Shown here in pieces: positions 25,801-40,800 of a stretch of DNA of 64,000 nucleotides. Made by a program: the position numbers and the translations under genes. The DNA lies in NCBI RefSeq assembly GCF_035083965.1, contig NC_089740.1:9108596-9172595 (forward strand), written 5' to 3'. Positions within the stretch are counted from its first letter, which is position 1; the number at the start of each line of letters is the position of its first letter. The notes under the pieces are model-generated. The model searched no databases. It was not told where the DNA came from and was given only the letters and a program-made list of their open reading frames with translations. Origin of the DNA: Branchiostoma lanceolatum (taxonomy: Eukaryota).

Positions 25801-28800
25801 GGTCTGAAGTACGACCTGACACTCCTGAACCGTTACCGCACTGCTCTTGATACTGCAGTGAAGATTGCGACCTGCTACAACGTTTCCCCAATCAAGGGGA
25901 CCACTGCCATCACCATGGCGATAAATGGTCAGATGGAGACACCCTGTACTGCCGCGCGGGGGCTTGGCAAACCTAGAACGGTGGGTGTTCTTCTTCATCA
26001 ATTGTTTTTTAATGCATGTGTGAAATTAAAAAAATGCCAGGCTAACACTCTCTCATAATAGCTACTTGCTAGGCCATTACACCGGTTGTTTTGGGGTATC
26101 TTTTAATATTTCTTCAGGACCTGGTGCTAAAATGCTTCAGAATATCCATTGCAATGTACATCTGACTTTTGTATATAACATTCTTAAACTCTTAAATTAC
26201 TGTATATACAAACCAGAGGTTTAGCCACCTGTTGCCCAATTCGTGTAAGTCATGTCATGTCTTCAACTTCCTAGAAAATGAATGATTTACAAATTCCTTT
26301 GCTTCATAGCTGACTGAGGTGGGCCTGCTGCTGGGCCTGATGTGTAAACATGCTTGTGAGGAGTCCAAGATGCACCTGGTGTCAGCAGGACAACATCGGG
26401 AGGTCAGTCTGGAGACAGGGTCTATCCTGGAGAACGTGGAGAGACTCAAGGGACTTACAGAGGTCAGGAGATGACTGTTTATCATCAAACACATTAGTTA
26501 CCATGTAGTAATGATTCAAGAATACAACTTGAGAGCTGAGTTGATGTTGTGATGCAACGACAGCAACGTAATATTTTGTTTGCCTTATTTCCAGTTGATG
26601 TCCCAGAAAGTCTTTTCTGATGTCCCCATAGAGTACCTGACAGACTTGTTGAAGAACAGGGTTCAGGTAAGACCTGTTTTGCATCATTCAGAATATGTCT
26701 TCTTCATTTACATTTTTATCCTGGCTACCTCCCACTCAAAAAGAAGTTCACAACATATTAGCAATTACCATTCACCAGATCTAACAGGTACAGAAACAGT
26801 GCATGCTATCGCTTTCCCGTCGACCTTTCCCAAACACGATTTTGTTATCAAGTAATCTGTTGCGCAAACACCTAATTACTAATTGTATGTAAAAAAATAT
26901 TTATAAAAGAATTATCATACAAGCAATTAATCAAATCTATCCATTAAGAAAGTAGATTGGCTCAGAGTCTGTAAGCGTTTTTATGTTTTGACAAGAGGTG
27001 GACCAGGCAACAGTATCAATCTATTGAAATCCTTCTTTCCAGCTGGACAACCTTCTAGTCTTGTGGAACGGGAGATCCAACAACCAGGACCTGAATGTCA
27101 AGCTCAACAAGTTTCTGGAGAAATACCGCCGCTACGTCAACCCCAACCTGCTGTTTGTCACCGTGGATCTCAGCGGGAGGTCATGTGGGTTTGTGGACAG
27201 GGAAACACATCCCAATGATATTCACATTGCTGGGTACAGCGACCAGATACTCAGGTAACTTTTCTTTTATCTCTTTTTTACCTTAAGTCTCTGTCAGACA
27301 TAGCTGACCATTGCCTCTCTACCTTGTCCAGACCATGTTTGGCAGTTAAATGTGAGCAAGGTCATCTTTAGTTTGGAGTTGGTTGGTGACGTTGCCTACT
27401 AGTCTCTAAAAGTTTCTGTGCCAGTCAACTATGAATATTGAAAATTGAGAAAGTCATATTTTGCCTGGATACTATTAGTGGAGCAAATTGGAGCTAGAAT
27501 AGGATGTACTCCTGGCTACTCCAAACCCAGCGCCGACATTGGTCAGACCTTCTACAAAACTGGTGTGCTACTTCTAATGGTGGTTTACCGATCATGCAAA
27601 ACAAAGAAACAAACCTGCCTATACCTTTCTATAAGTGCAAACAACAAACAGTCAAAAGTTGAAAAAGATGATAAATCATAGATATTTGTGACAAGTATTT
27701 GATAATTAGAATTGTTCTCAATTATAAAAAAAAATGTACAAACTTAATGCACTCTTTTTCCTTACAGGTTTATAGCAGAGAGAGGCAGCGGTGCCCAGTT
27801 GACTCACGTGGAGAACATTGACCAGGCCTACAGGCTGAAGCCTGTCCCTACTGCAGCCATCTCTAAATCTGCTGCAGCTGCAGAAGAACTGCAGAATACT
27901 GCAGGTTTGTAGGTTTTGCTTCAGAATATGTGAATCACTGTTCCATGCATATGTACATTTGGAATGGTCTGATGATATAATTTTTTAGAGACTGAGAGAA
28001 ATTTTTGTTACCCAAATGCCCTTAAGGTCAGTAGTCAGGTCTGAGAAAGAAAATGAACATGATAGTATGGTATTTTGCAACTCAGGATTTATCAATGGGA
28101 GGGCACCCTAATACATTCCTAGCGTCCTGGTCGGAGTTACTCTTGGCATTTCCACAAGATCGCAATCTTCAGTACCCTGACATATATTTACCAAATGGAA
28201 TGTTTTGTAAAATTTGTCAACTTTTTTGGACTGAATGGAAACTAGGTGATGAAAAAAGAAAGAGTTGTCTGTGACCTATTATAGTCTTCAAGATAGAGTT
28301 ACATAATGGCAAGGAAGCTGTGATATAGATGTATAAGGCTTGAAATGATATCATTACATTCACACTGATCAACACAGTTTTGGACATCTCTATTAACAGA
28401 TTTGTCCATGGCACGGCCGTTGAACGTTCCCAAGTGGAGAACTGCCCGTGTCTTCATCTCGTCCACCTTCCGCGACATGCACGGGGAGCGGGACCTCCTG
28501 ACGCGGTTCGTCTTCCCAGAACTGCGGGCTCGAGCAGCAGAGAGGTACGAATTGTTCACTTAGATTGAATTTCATTCTTGTCAGTGACATTTTTATCGAA
28601 GGATTTGTGAAAAGTAAGTCAGAACTATTTCTCAACTCACTATGATACTTAATGATCAATTAATATTTATCAATCAATCCATATCCTCTCCCATAGGTTT
28701 GTCCACATCCACGAGGTTGACCTGCGTTGGGGCATCACAGAGGAGGAGTCTCGCAGCGAGAAGTCCATCGAGATCTGTCTGAGCGAGGTTTCCCGCTGCC

Positions 28801-31800
28801 AGTTCTTCCTGGGCATCCTGGGAGAGCGGTACGGGTGGATCCCTGACAGCTACGTCGCCCCAGACACCCTCGAGTTCGATTGGTTGAAGACTTATCCATC
28901 AGGTGAGTTATGAATACTGAATAAACCTTTGAATATAGTATGAACAGTCATATACTGACCTCTATGGGACAAAAGTGGTCATGGTAGACAGGTCCTAGCT
29001 CTTAATATGTAATGCTTGGATTAATAAGAAAAATTTGTAAATTTGAAATCGGAAATTGACCACCAAAAAGTGGCTAGAATGGTCAAGGCTTCCTTAGTAC
29101 AGGTTTGACTGTAATTTCATGTTTTGCTTTTACAGTAAGTACAGCTGTTATTGTAGTAATTCAAACTCTAGAAACTGTAGAAACCGATTTATATTTTCCT
29201 ATCATGAACCTCCAGTGTCCTGGTGAAATGTATTTTTGTCTGTAAGTATATGGTGTCAAATTAGAAATATTCTAATGCACAATGTACCTTTAACAATCAT
29301 GAAATAGATTTTCAAGGGAAGATGGTTCATTTTATCTCCAAGATGAATCAGCCATAGATTCTGAATTACTGTGTTTATTGTTAATTATAACTCTTTTTCT
29401 TGATTTATAAATCAGAGTGAAAAGGTACAGTATTCAATATTTTATTCATTTATTGATTTAATTTTGATGGATTTCAGGCCGGTCGATGACAGAACTAGAG
29501 ATCTACCACGCTGCCCTGTCTAACCCATCAGCTGCTCAAGGAAGGGCGTTCTTCTACTTCCGCGATCCTATTTTTGAGAGCCAGGTCGGCGGAAAACATC
29601 GAGAAAGTTTCATTGCCGAGTCTTCATCCGCCAAACAAAATATGGAGAATTTGAAGGGAAGTATTCGGAAGAGTGGGCTGGAGGTGCATGATGGGTACCC
29701 CTGTCACTGGCAAGGAGTGGTGGATGATGGGAAGGCGATGGTGACGGCACTGGAAGAGTTTGGAATGAGGGTTCTGAACAACCTGTGGAATGCTGTGGTC
29801 AGGTGAGTTTAACTAGATTCTAGTTGGAAATACAAGGTAGGATTGTCAACAAATACTCTTTTTTTGTACACATCTTTACCCGAATAGACAACAGGTATAC
29901 TGTGATCTTATATGTACCGTTCCATACAGTGTCTGTCCTTGGTGCTGAATGTTGTGATATAGTGTACTGTAAATGCATAGATGTTTGCGGTGGTTTTATG
30001 TCATTTTGTGGCCATTTCTGCCTCCGGCAAAATAAAAACCACACAAACTTAAATGCATTTACAGTACTTACAGTATACTGGTTGTCTTTTTGTGCGATCA
30101 TGCATACTTTGATTACTATCTACAATACATCCTCTAAACACATGCTGTAGAAGAATTATACCAATTGTCTAACTCTAGTTGATTGTTGCCATAGGGAGTT
30201 CCCTCTTGAAGAGTCCACTGATGAGAGTACGGATGAGACGAGTCGTCACAAATCCTTCTGTCTGGAGGAAGGAGAGAGGTTTGTGGGAAGGGAAAAACTC
30301 CTGAAGCAGTGTGCTGCAGAGATCTCTCTCTGCAAGTAAGTTCCTTATTAGTCTTACCGACTGATGACCTTTGATTTAGAGTTCAGTTGTTCCACCCACA
30401 TTACAGTAGACTGAAATGTCTTTTTCTATATTTTACTTGGTAAACTGAATAAATGGATCAAATGTACTGATAACTGTATCAATAACTTTATAAGCTGGTT
30501 GTCGACGTCCCAATCAGCAAAGAAAACAAAAGTCCTCAAACAGTCAGATAACATGTGCCCAGTGCCCAATCATTTTAATGTGCAACTAATTTTCCTCCCC
30601 AGGAATGGCACCTTGGTGCTTGTAGGAAAGTCTGGCAGTGGGAAGACCTCCCTGTTGGCCAGACTGGCGGGGGAGTATGCGGAGTCAGACAGCTGCTCAG
30701 CAGATGCCTGTATCATGTTACACTTCGTGGGCGCGACTCCCAGCTCCACAGATATCGTGGCCACACTGACCAGGTTGTGTCAGGAGATGAAGAAAACGTT
30801 TTTCCTTGGTAAAGACTGTCGCTCTTACTCATATTCCCCTCCATAGGAGGGAATATACTGTTTTTGCTTGCCTGTTCTTCTTCTTCTTTCTTCTTCTTCT
30901 TATGTCAAAAACCAAGTAGATGTGGGGTGGTAGCTCTACTAATGGTATTGCAGAAAGTTATATGTACCTTATGGTACGGATGATGTACAGATGTCATATT
31001 TGAGATGTAGGTACCTTTTGTAAACCTGGACATAAATTATGCTAATAAGATTCCTGTTTCCTATAAGAACCTGTTGAGTGTAGGTGTTAACAACATTTCC
31101 CAAGGGTGCAACATTGTGGCCTGTTAGGGATGCTTTGTGTTATGCTACATGTATGATCTTGTATCAGTAACAGAATGCTGTACCTATTCCATCCCCTGTA
31201 GCCTGTGAGGTTCCTGTCTCCTATAAGAACCTGCTGAACCAGTTTGCAGACATCCTGAAGGCAGCAGGTGAGGTACCTGACACACCTGTGGTCATCTTCA
31301 TGGACGGACTGGACCAGATGGACGACTCACACCAGGCCAAGTAGGTTACAATTCCTTAACCTTCTCCTTGCTGCCTGACTTGGTAGCCAATAGGGAACTG
31401 GGTACCAAACAGCTACTTCAGAGTGGTAAAGATTAAACTTGAACTAATGGATGCCATTCCAAAAGGGGATCATCATCATCATATCGTGTTGTGCTGTTGC
31501 CAATACTGCAATCAATTCAGGGCTTCATGCAGGTCCTTGTCGGTGATGCCCAATATAGGGTATCAAAAAGTGAGAAACTTTATGGCACATTTAATTAAGT
31601 TAAAATTCAGGGGATGGCCTCCAGAGTGATTATGAATGATGTCAGTTTTCCAAGATTTCAATTGTCATTGTAAATCAGTTAAAAAGAAATGATAATTTAT
31701 AATAAAAGCTGTTGTTTTAAGGACTAAGAGAGTGTCTGATAATTTGAATTGTCTACATTGTTGTGAACATTTTTGCTGATATATTTTTATTGTTGCTGAC

Positions 31801-34800
31801 ACAGAAGTATGGAATGGCTGCCACGCGTCATGCCTCCAAACGTCAGGTTCGTTTTTACGGTAACAGAACACATGGACGTCCATCGCTTGCTCTCACGCCG
31901 CGATGCAACGTTCATCGACATCGGTAGTCTGGACGGGAGGGACAAGGCCGACATGGTGCGTCAGTCCCTGGCAATGCACAGGAAGGCACTGGACGAGACA
32001 CCATTCAACAACCAGGTTAGTACAATGTTCCTTAAAACTGAACTTAACGTCTTAAGTTTAAGGATAATATACCACTGCAGTGACAAGGTGGTCTTAAGGT
32101 GGCATGGTGGCCTTGTGGTTAGGGTTGTTAACTTAGAATCTAAAGATTCTGGGTTCAAATACCTGGCAGGCCCCAATGTTGCAAACTTGGGAAAGGCACT
32201 TAACACATATGTCCTCAATTGACTCAAGCAAAAATGATTACTCGTTGTGATCATGAGTGGATCAAACCTCAAAAGTTACAGGCTGGTTTCCAGGTTGATG
32301 TTATGGAATTTGATTACATGTTTTGTCAATCCTTGCAGAAATGTGGTAAATATCATTGAATGATTGATAGGTAAAAGATATATTAAAATGTAAACTTTAA
32401 ATCATTTGGCAAGCTTGAACAGTTGGTGGGTGTAGAAAAACTGCTTATGTTCTTGATTTGTATTGGGTTGCATATTTTAGTGGTCTGCTGATGTTGAAAT
32501 CTTGTTACTATCATAATATTGGTTACAGATGAAGCTGCTTATTGGAAAGAGGGAGTCCCATAATCCTCTGTTCCTGGCCTTGGCTTGTGAAGAGCTGAGA
32601 GTTTTTGGTGTCTTTGAAAAGGTGAGTTTCTTTTATTTTCTTTTGAGTCATTTTTGTATTATATTAAGCCATCAAAGCTGGGTTACTAACAACTTGCTCA
32701 CACACTGTATCACTGAAAGTTTCAGTTGTTAGATACATTTAATTTATAAATTATGAGATTCTCAATGCAATGGTTCTCAAGATAAATGGATAAGTTTTGT
32801 AAATGCTTAGACATTTTAGACAGTATCTGTGTGTGTTCTTCCAAACTAGGTGTCCCAAAGGCTGAGGAACATGGCCCAGACGGTCACTAAACTCCTGCAG
32901 GAGATCTTACAACGTCTTGAGACAGACCATGGCCGCGACCTGGTTTCCATGGCGATGTCCCTCCTGGTGAGCGTGCGGAGCGGCGTGTCAGAGGAGGACC
33001 TACTGGGCATGCTCAGTCTGTCCCGAGAGCTGGGGGAGCAGCGGTACTCCGTCGATGATGTCACCAACGTGATGATGTCACCAGACAGGCAGCTGCCTCA
33101 GGTGGGGAGGAACATGATTGGTCAATCTAAGATCGAAAAAGTAGAAAGTTTCTACTTTTTATTTTACTTTTCAGGGTTTTTTCTAGAAACAATTGCATGG
33201 GGGTGCAAGGGAGTGAAGCAACAATACAAAGGGATGGTTTTAAAGAAATATAAGGTAAAATGGGGTACTCTGTAGGCTTCTTTAGGGGAAAATAGTTGTA
33301 TCTGATTTTTATGCTTGTCAGACAATCTGTTTTTTGACTGATTCACCAACACAGAATTATACATCTCAATATTCTATGCTTTCCTGATTTCCTCATCAGA
33401 CTACTAAGAATTAGTATCATAAATGTCTGCTATCTTTTCCCTCCAGGCGATCTTTGCCCGTTTAGTGCGAGGCTTGCAGACGTTTCTGCAGCCCACAGCT
33501 CAGCAGTCTGGCTCCAGGCTCCTCTGTCTGGCCCACAGCGAGTTCCTGAGGGCCGTTACACAGCGCTACATCAAGCCTGGAGGGACTGAGTTCCAGTCTA
33601 GGTCTGTGTCTTTTTCTGTTACAGAATAATCTGTTTGTTAGCAAGTAACATGAAATTGTAATAAGAAATTCAATGAAGTCATCATAGTGAAAATGAAAGT
33701 GTATTGATTTTGAATGTTTTAAGCATCTATGTCGATTGATCATTATAACTAAGCAAGCAAGAGTCATGGAACAGTGCATAGAATGATTGCATAGAGTGCT
33801 TAAAGCAACGTTGAATTGAAAGTTTAAAACTGAACTTCTATTTGCCTAATATTTCTCTGGACCATTTTGAAAATCACATTTTGTGTACATTGATTTGTTG
33901 AGTATAGGTCTGAAACACTTCGCAAATTTGAAGTCCAAAATGGTATTTTTGCCGTTTTTGGCAATTGAATGCTAATATGTCTCAGAATTTATTTTGCGGA
34001 TTTACTAGTCAATTACACTGACAGAAAAAATAACCATTGCTGTCTGTTGTACTCCAGACTTCACTGCCTGATTTCTGGGTACTTGCTGACCGGCGGGGAC
34101 CCCGGCAGGGACGGCTCCTGGACAGGCACCCACACCATGGCCACCTCAGAACTACCCTACCACCTGGCCAATGCAGGGGCCTTCAGGCAGTTGGAAGAAG
34201 TGCTGACGAACCTCAACTTTGTCAAGGTACAGAAACAGTACTAAATAAGACATTAACTTAAAGACATTTAGCTGAAAAAGAAAAGTAATCTTTCTTTATC
34301 ATAATGCATAAATATCCCTGAAAGTTGAATTTCATAAATCTGGCAACTTTGAGATGTTTATGAGACTAGTCTATTTCTGTTCAAATTAAATTTCACATTA
34401 TTCAAAATTATCCCAAGCCAAGTGTATAGTTGTTCATTTTTCTGTAAATTATTTACCTACAATCATTATTTCACAAGAATCACTTATTCATAGAAAACCA
34501 CAGAAGTTCCTTCTTTTACTGTAAAGTCATTTGACCAAATCGGACACTCCTTTTTCTTTGACAGACCAAGTGCACTATGGGAATGGCCGCCCAGCTCATG
34601 GAGGACTACCAGGCCCAGGGCTGTCCATCGCTCTGCAGGATCAATGCCCGCATGCAGACCAAGTTCCTGGCTGACCCAAGAGTGCAGCAGTACTCCTCCT
34701 TTGTGTCCAGAAACCTCCACATCCTGAGCACCTACCCTGCACTGACTCTCCAACAGGCAGCAAACGAACCGGCCACCTCTGCGCCAGCCCAGGCTGTCAC

Positions 34801-37800
34801 CTCTCTCCTAGACAACAAATCAGGCACTGGATTCCATATGGTTAGACAGCTCAACAGGGCTGAGGTCAGCGACCCCTGTTACAGGATCCTTGACTCGTTT
34901 GGTGATGCTGTTACCTGTGTGGCTGTTTCTCCAGATGGAAAGGTGTTTGTCTGTGGTACTGAAGACTGTGTTGTTCACCTCTATGAACTGGCCACCGGAA
35001 AGCAGTTGAAATCTTTTGTCGGGCATGCAAACAAGATCACCGACTGCTGCTTCGTTGGGACCAACAAGATTTGCAGCTCGTCTGCTGACGGCAACCTCTC
35101 CATCTGGGATGTGAGTGGAGGCTATCGGATTTCGTCATTGACCAATCACAAGCGGCGTACCAACTCCTGCTGCTCAGACCCCCGCGGGAAGTTTGTGGTC
35201 TCTGCGTCCTGGGACTGCACTGTCCTTATTTGGAAGGTTGATTCCAACGACAAGAAGTACACGACACAGTTCCGTGAAAAGCGACCAATTAACTGCGTCG
35301 CCTTCCACCCTGAAGACGACAAAATCGTTACCGGATGCTGGGATGCGACCTTGAAAGTGTACGACACCCTGAACAAGAAGAGGGTAGCTGTGATCCGAGG
35401 TCATAACAGTTCAGTGAGGGATGTGGCGTATTCTCCCAACGGCCGCCATCTTGCTTCCGCTGCCCTCAGTGGTGAGGTTAAGCTGTGGTCGGCTGAGACT
35501 GGAACTCCCGTTGGAGACCTTACAGGTGAGATAAAAGAACCTACCAGGCTTACAGGCACACAAGCTCTGTATTTCTTATTCAGAAAGTTGTTCTGATGAG
35601 AAAGACCCCTACAGTACTTTATCAAATTTTGTCTCTACAATACAGGAAAACACAATTCTAAAACACTTTTAGTCCTATGTTTATGACAGTAAACCTGTAT
35701 GTGTGGTAGTGTCTTGTGCCTTTCTTGACCCAGACAACTTTCAACATATTGTTCACCCTCCCAGGACATTACGGACAGATCAACCGACTGACCTTCTCTC
35801 CTGGCGGACATCACCTCATCACCGTCGGCAATGACCACAAGGTCAAGGTGTGGGCAGGCAACCTGGGCAAACAGGTAAACATTAGCAGAGAATTTCTCCT
35901 GTCGGTCATAGTTTTTCACAATGTTTAACACCTAATGGCATACCTCTTAAAAGGATTTTTAGTGCACTACGGTGACAGCACTCTCTTGATGATTGAGTAT
36001 ATGATTGGGTACGCCAAAAATAATTACTCAAGCAACTGGATAAGATTTTGAAACAGTCAGACGTTTCAGACAGTATCCACTGTCTTTCGTCAGTGACTAA
36101 CGATAGGACTGAGAACACCAGCTTTATACCAAAACTCTGAATAGATATGTTAATGAGGTAAAGACAATTTAGGATGTCTTGAAGTAGTCTTCAAAAAGAA
36201 GATTAACTCAAGACAAAGTTATGCCAATAGTTCAATTAGCTACTGTTGTTCTAGTACAGTAACTAAATGTTGCTTGTCCGGGGGTGGGGGGTGGTGGGCA
36301 GTGCATTATCCCAGGTGCCTGAAAGTTGAACGCGTAGACCGCCTTTCCTGTTGAGGGCGGGGTTGTACATCCTCTGAAACGTCTGACTGTTTCAAAATCT
36401 TATCCAGTTGCTTGAGTAATTATTTTTGGCGTATCTTATTACCTGGATGTCTAACCTTCATCAACGTATATGATTGGGTAGTTTGATACTTTTGCTATCT
36501 TTTTCTATTTTGACCATTTCTACCTCCTTGCATTTTTATCTGGTATTCTATATTGCTCAAACACATGTTAAATGTACAGACATTAATTCAGCTGAATCTG
36601 AAGCCACTTATGACTCACTGTTTATTATGATCAAGCTTTGCATAAAAGTTCTTCTCCTTCTCTCCAGATCAACTGTTTTGGCAACAAAGATCTGAGCCAT
36701 GCCCTGAGTGTTGCTATCAGTCCATCAGGGGAGGATGTTGTGGTTGGTTACCATGACAGCACTGTCCGTCTGGTTGCCATGGCTACGGGTCTGGAGAAGT
36801 GGGCTGTCGTTCCCCACAATGCACCAGTAAGGTATGTATAAGCCACATACTGTACATCATGTTCATGATAATCATTATCGAGTACTAGATAATTATTTTG
36901 GATTTCAATGGCATAATGCATTACGATTTAATTTATAGAATTAATGTGGAAGTTGTGTCAGACTATTCTCTTTGTTGTCTTATTATATGTCTTGGACCAG
37001 TTCTGGTTTCTTGTGTTGTCGAGTTTGTTGCTATAGAGGGCCCTGATAAGCTGTTCTTAATGAGCTGTAAAAAAATTAGATAATAGTGGCCATATAATTG
37101 GCCCATATTTATCAGAAAAATAAGTACAGTGTTATTCTAAGCTGCTACAGTAAGTTTTGTAGAGCTACTGTTAGTAAATGTTTTCTTTTGTAACTCTCAT
37201 CCTCATTGACTTATTCCAAAAATAGGTGTGTAACCTGGATGGATGACAACAGCATCATCACAGGGTCTGATGACTCCTACCTGTCCGTCCTGTCAGCTGT
37301 TGATGGGTCAAAGGTCATGACCTTGGTGGGTCACACAGGTTCGGTGACTGACGTGGTGTACACGAAGCTGGAGTCTCTCGCTGTGTCCGCCTCGGCTGAC
37401 TTCACCGCCATCGTGTGGAGGATACCAACTGTACAGACCATCAAGAAATCTGTAAGAACCATCGTGTCATACAATCTGAAAGTTTTGATATTTTCCAAAA
37501 TTTTATGTATTTCAGTGAATTTCGCAACTATGTTTTTAGCTCTTCTATTTCATTGACCAAAGTTCACAATAAAGGTTGGGTAGATTCAGCAAAGGGATAA
37601 ATTCTCTAAATCCAACAAGGACATTTCAATATGATGAATAAAAAAGTATGGACTAAATATGTTTACACTCAAAATCCAATGCAAGGAAGCCGCATCTTGC
37701 CAATTTTGTAGGCATTCCTAACAATTTTCATCAAGAAGACTAAGTCAGCTACTTATTAGACACATTGTGTCATTTCCTCCATGAAAATTGGGGTATTTTT

Positions 37801-40800
37801 TTTTGTCTGTGTGTTTGTTTGTCTTGGTGTGTGTCCACACTTATTTGAATTTTGTGGAGTGACAGGGCGTATGCATGGATGTGTAGCTGAAGATTACCAA
37901 AATGGTAAGACTCCCAACTGTTTTTAACTGACCAGTATGTAATGTTGTTGTCTCCAGGCTATGCCCTATGAGGTGAAACCCAGGTCCGTTCTTCGCGGCC
38001 ATGGTGGACCAGTGACCTGCTGTGCCTTCAGTGGAGACAGCCGGTCTGTGGTGACAGGCAGCAGGGACAAGACTCTACGCCTCTGGGACATCAAATCTGG
38101 GTAATAAATATGGTACTGTTAGGCCACACCAATTCAATTTCTTGGTTCTCAGATTTTAAAAGAATTTAATGCAGATTCTGAACTGGAAAATCAAAATGAA
38201 AACAGAGACTCTTTACATATGGTGCAGTTGATGTCACTGTAAGTGAATCAGGTGAGATTCATTTTTTCTTCTTTGGCCCCTGTTTTCATCCTGACCTCTA
38301 ATGCAAAATTCTAACCTTGAAATTTCACGGAACCAACAAAACAAATTTGTGTGGCCTCAAAGTGCAAGAGAGAGTAATGAAAGCTCTTGCATTTTATTGT
38401 TTTGATAATGTAGCAAATTCATGTGAAATTTGTTCATCTTTGTACTCAAAACTTCATCAAACACTCAGCACTTTTCCGAAGCCTTGTTTGTCAGAAACTA
38501 AGGTATCATACCTGTGTTTATGTAGTCCTGACCCACAGCCCACCAAGGTGATCTCAGAGTGCCACCAGGACTGGATCACGTCTTGCGCCTGGTCGGAGAC
38601 CGGGGACTACGTGGTCACGGCGTCCGGCGACTTCACGCTCAAACTGTGGGACATCAATGCTGGCAAGGAGAAGGTCAAGTTTGTAGGTCAGTGCATAACT
38701 CTATTTTGGTTTTGTACTAAGACATCTCACATTTAATGTGTTCATGTGTTGAGCAAAGGCTAACTAGTCTGAGTTTTCCTCTTACATTAGTCACAGAGCT
38801 TACTAATAGTTTTGATATTAATAGCGACCAGAGTCTTTCCTCATGAGCTCAATGAAGAGCAGCCTGCATGCCGATTTGAGCTTTTTCATGAATATACAAA
38901 GGTTCAAACAAACAAACAAACGAACAAACAAACCCTTTTGCTCCTCAGGTCACATGAGCGCCATCAACTCGGTTGCCACCAGCCACGGCTGTGTCGTGTC
39001 GGCCTGTTACGACGGAACGGTCAAGGTGTGGTCCCACAAGGGTGATGAGATCACCACACTGTACGGACACAACCTACGGGTCAACGCCTGCGATCTGAGA
39101 GGTACGTCATCTCTATCTGAGAAAATTCAACAGTTTTCTTTGAAACACAACCTTCAGTATTTTTGTTGTCTACAGACAGTTAAACAACCTGTATGCATGT
39201 CCTATGAGTGCAAGGTAAAGAAAACTTGTCATAATGCATTCTCAAACAATAAGGTTAACGTTAGTTAAACTTTTGCACATTTTTGGATATTTTCTAAAAA
39301 CACGGAGCTTTTCAACTTTGTTTCATGTCACTTCAGATCGTTGGATTGACTTGGAACTCAGCACTTACATGTATAAATGGGAGACCACCCTAACACATTC
39401 CTCTGAGCATCCTAATCCCAATCTCTGTCAAAAGTGACTCTGATCGGGATCTTTACCAGTAGAATCGGTAGTTCTGCCAAATCGCAGCCTCTATCCTGAC
39501 AAATATTTCACCTTCATTGTCTCACTTCCCAAATGTTCACCAATCATCAGTGACTGTGGAGATAGAAGAGACTCCTGAGGAGGAGCCAGAAATCTCGGAC
39601 TGGAGCGTTGCCGTGGAGACGGAGGAGTGGGAGGAGGAGCACAGGAGACGCAAGGTCGGCGCCAAGAAGAAGGAGGAGTCAAAGGTCACCCAGGTTACCA
39701 TGGTAACAGCAGGGGATGATGGGACAGTGAGGATGTGGAAACCACTTGAGGTGAGTTGTCAGTTGTGGCAGACGAGTTAGAATTTAAAATAAGCTTAACT
39801 AGATAAGACCTGGTGAATTCAATTCACATTATGTGAAATTGAGTTCACCTCTTATCTAGTTAAGCTTCAAGAAACCTCAAAACTTGTTTTTGCAAGAAAG
39901 GCAAATGCTGTGCTAGGTTCAATGTGCCATAGAAATTTCTAGGCGATGTATTCATAGATTTTTCAATATTTTTACACCTTTTCAAGGGCAACGAGATCAG
40001 AACTCTGACGGGTCACTCAGACAGGGTCCTTGGTGTTGCCATGGCAACAAACAACCATATTGTGAGCGGCTCGCTGGACGGGACGGTACGACTGTGGAAC
40101 CCTGACCTGAAGCAAGCTGACGAGGACAACTTCTCCCATGATGCAGGTCAAAAAATTGAATTTTTATCTGGTTTAGCTATTTTCTAGCCGGAAGTCTCCA
40201 GCTTTGGACCCCAGACACGAAGCTCATAGAAACAGAAACTGATTTATAATTGACTTCTCTCAGCAATGAATGGCAAGCAGTTCTGGAGAATAAACTTGGC
40301 TTGCTGCACCTTGTAACAAGGAGGACTGATGATGATGATAATGTTTTGATTAGCTAAAGTTAGACTAAGTTTAAGTCCTCTCTGCATAATAATTTTGGTG
40401 AATAGGGTGGCACCATCTCTGTTTTTCTGGCCTTGGGCCACAGAGATATGCAGCCACAGATACCACTACAGCAAAGGGCTAACCCTCTGGTATACACATA
40501 GATGTACCACTGTGTTCAACTTCCATACTCCTTCCCTGAGTGCTAAGGAGGGAAGTAGTTAATGTACCATTTTGAGAGTCTTTGGGATGACACAAATGAT
40601 CCATGAATTGATCTGCCAGCCTAACACAGAATGTTTCCGTCCGCAGAAGTTACCGGTGTCGTGTTTCTTCCGTCGGAGTGTTACGTGGTCACCTGTGGTA
40701 GAGACGGCACCATTGCATTGTGGGAGATGGACCCGGAGAAAGGATCATGTTTCACCTCCAAGATTTGCAGCATACAGGTACAGGTAATAGGAGATCTACA

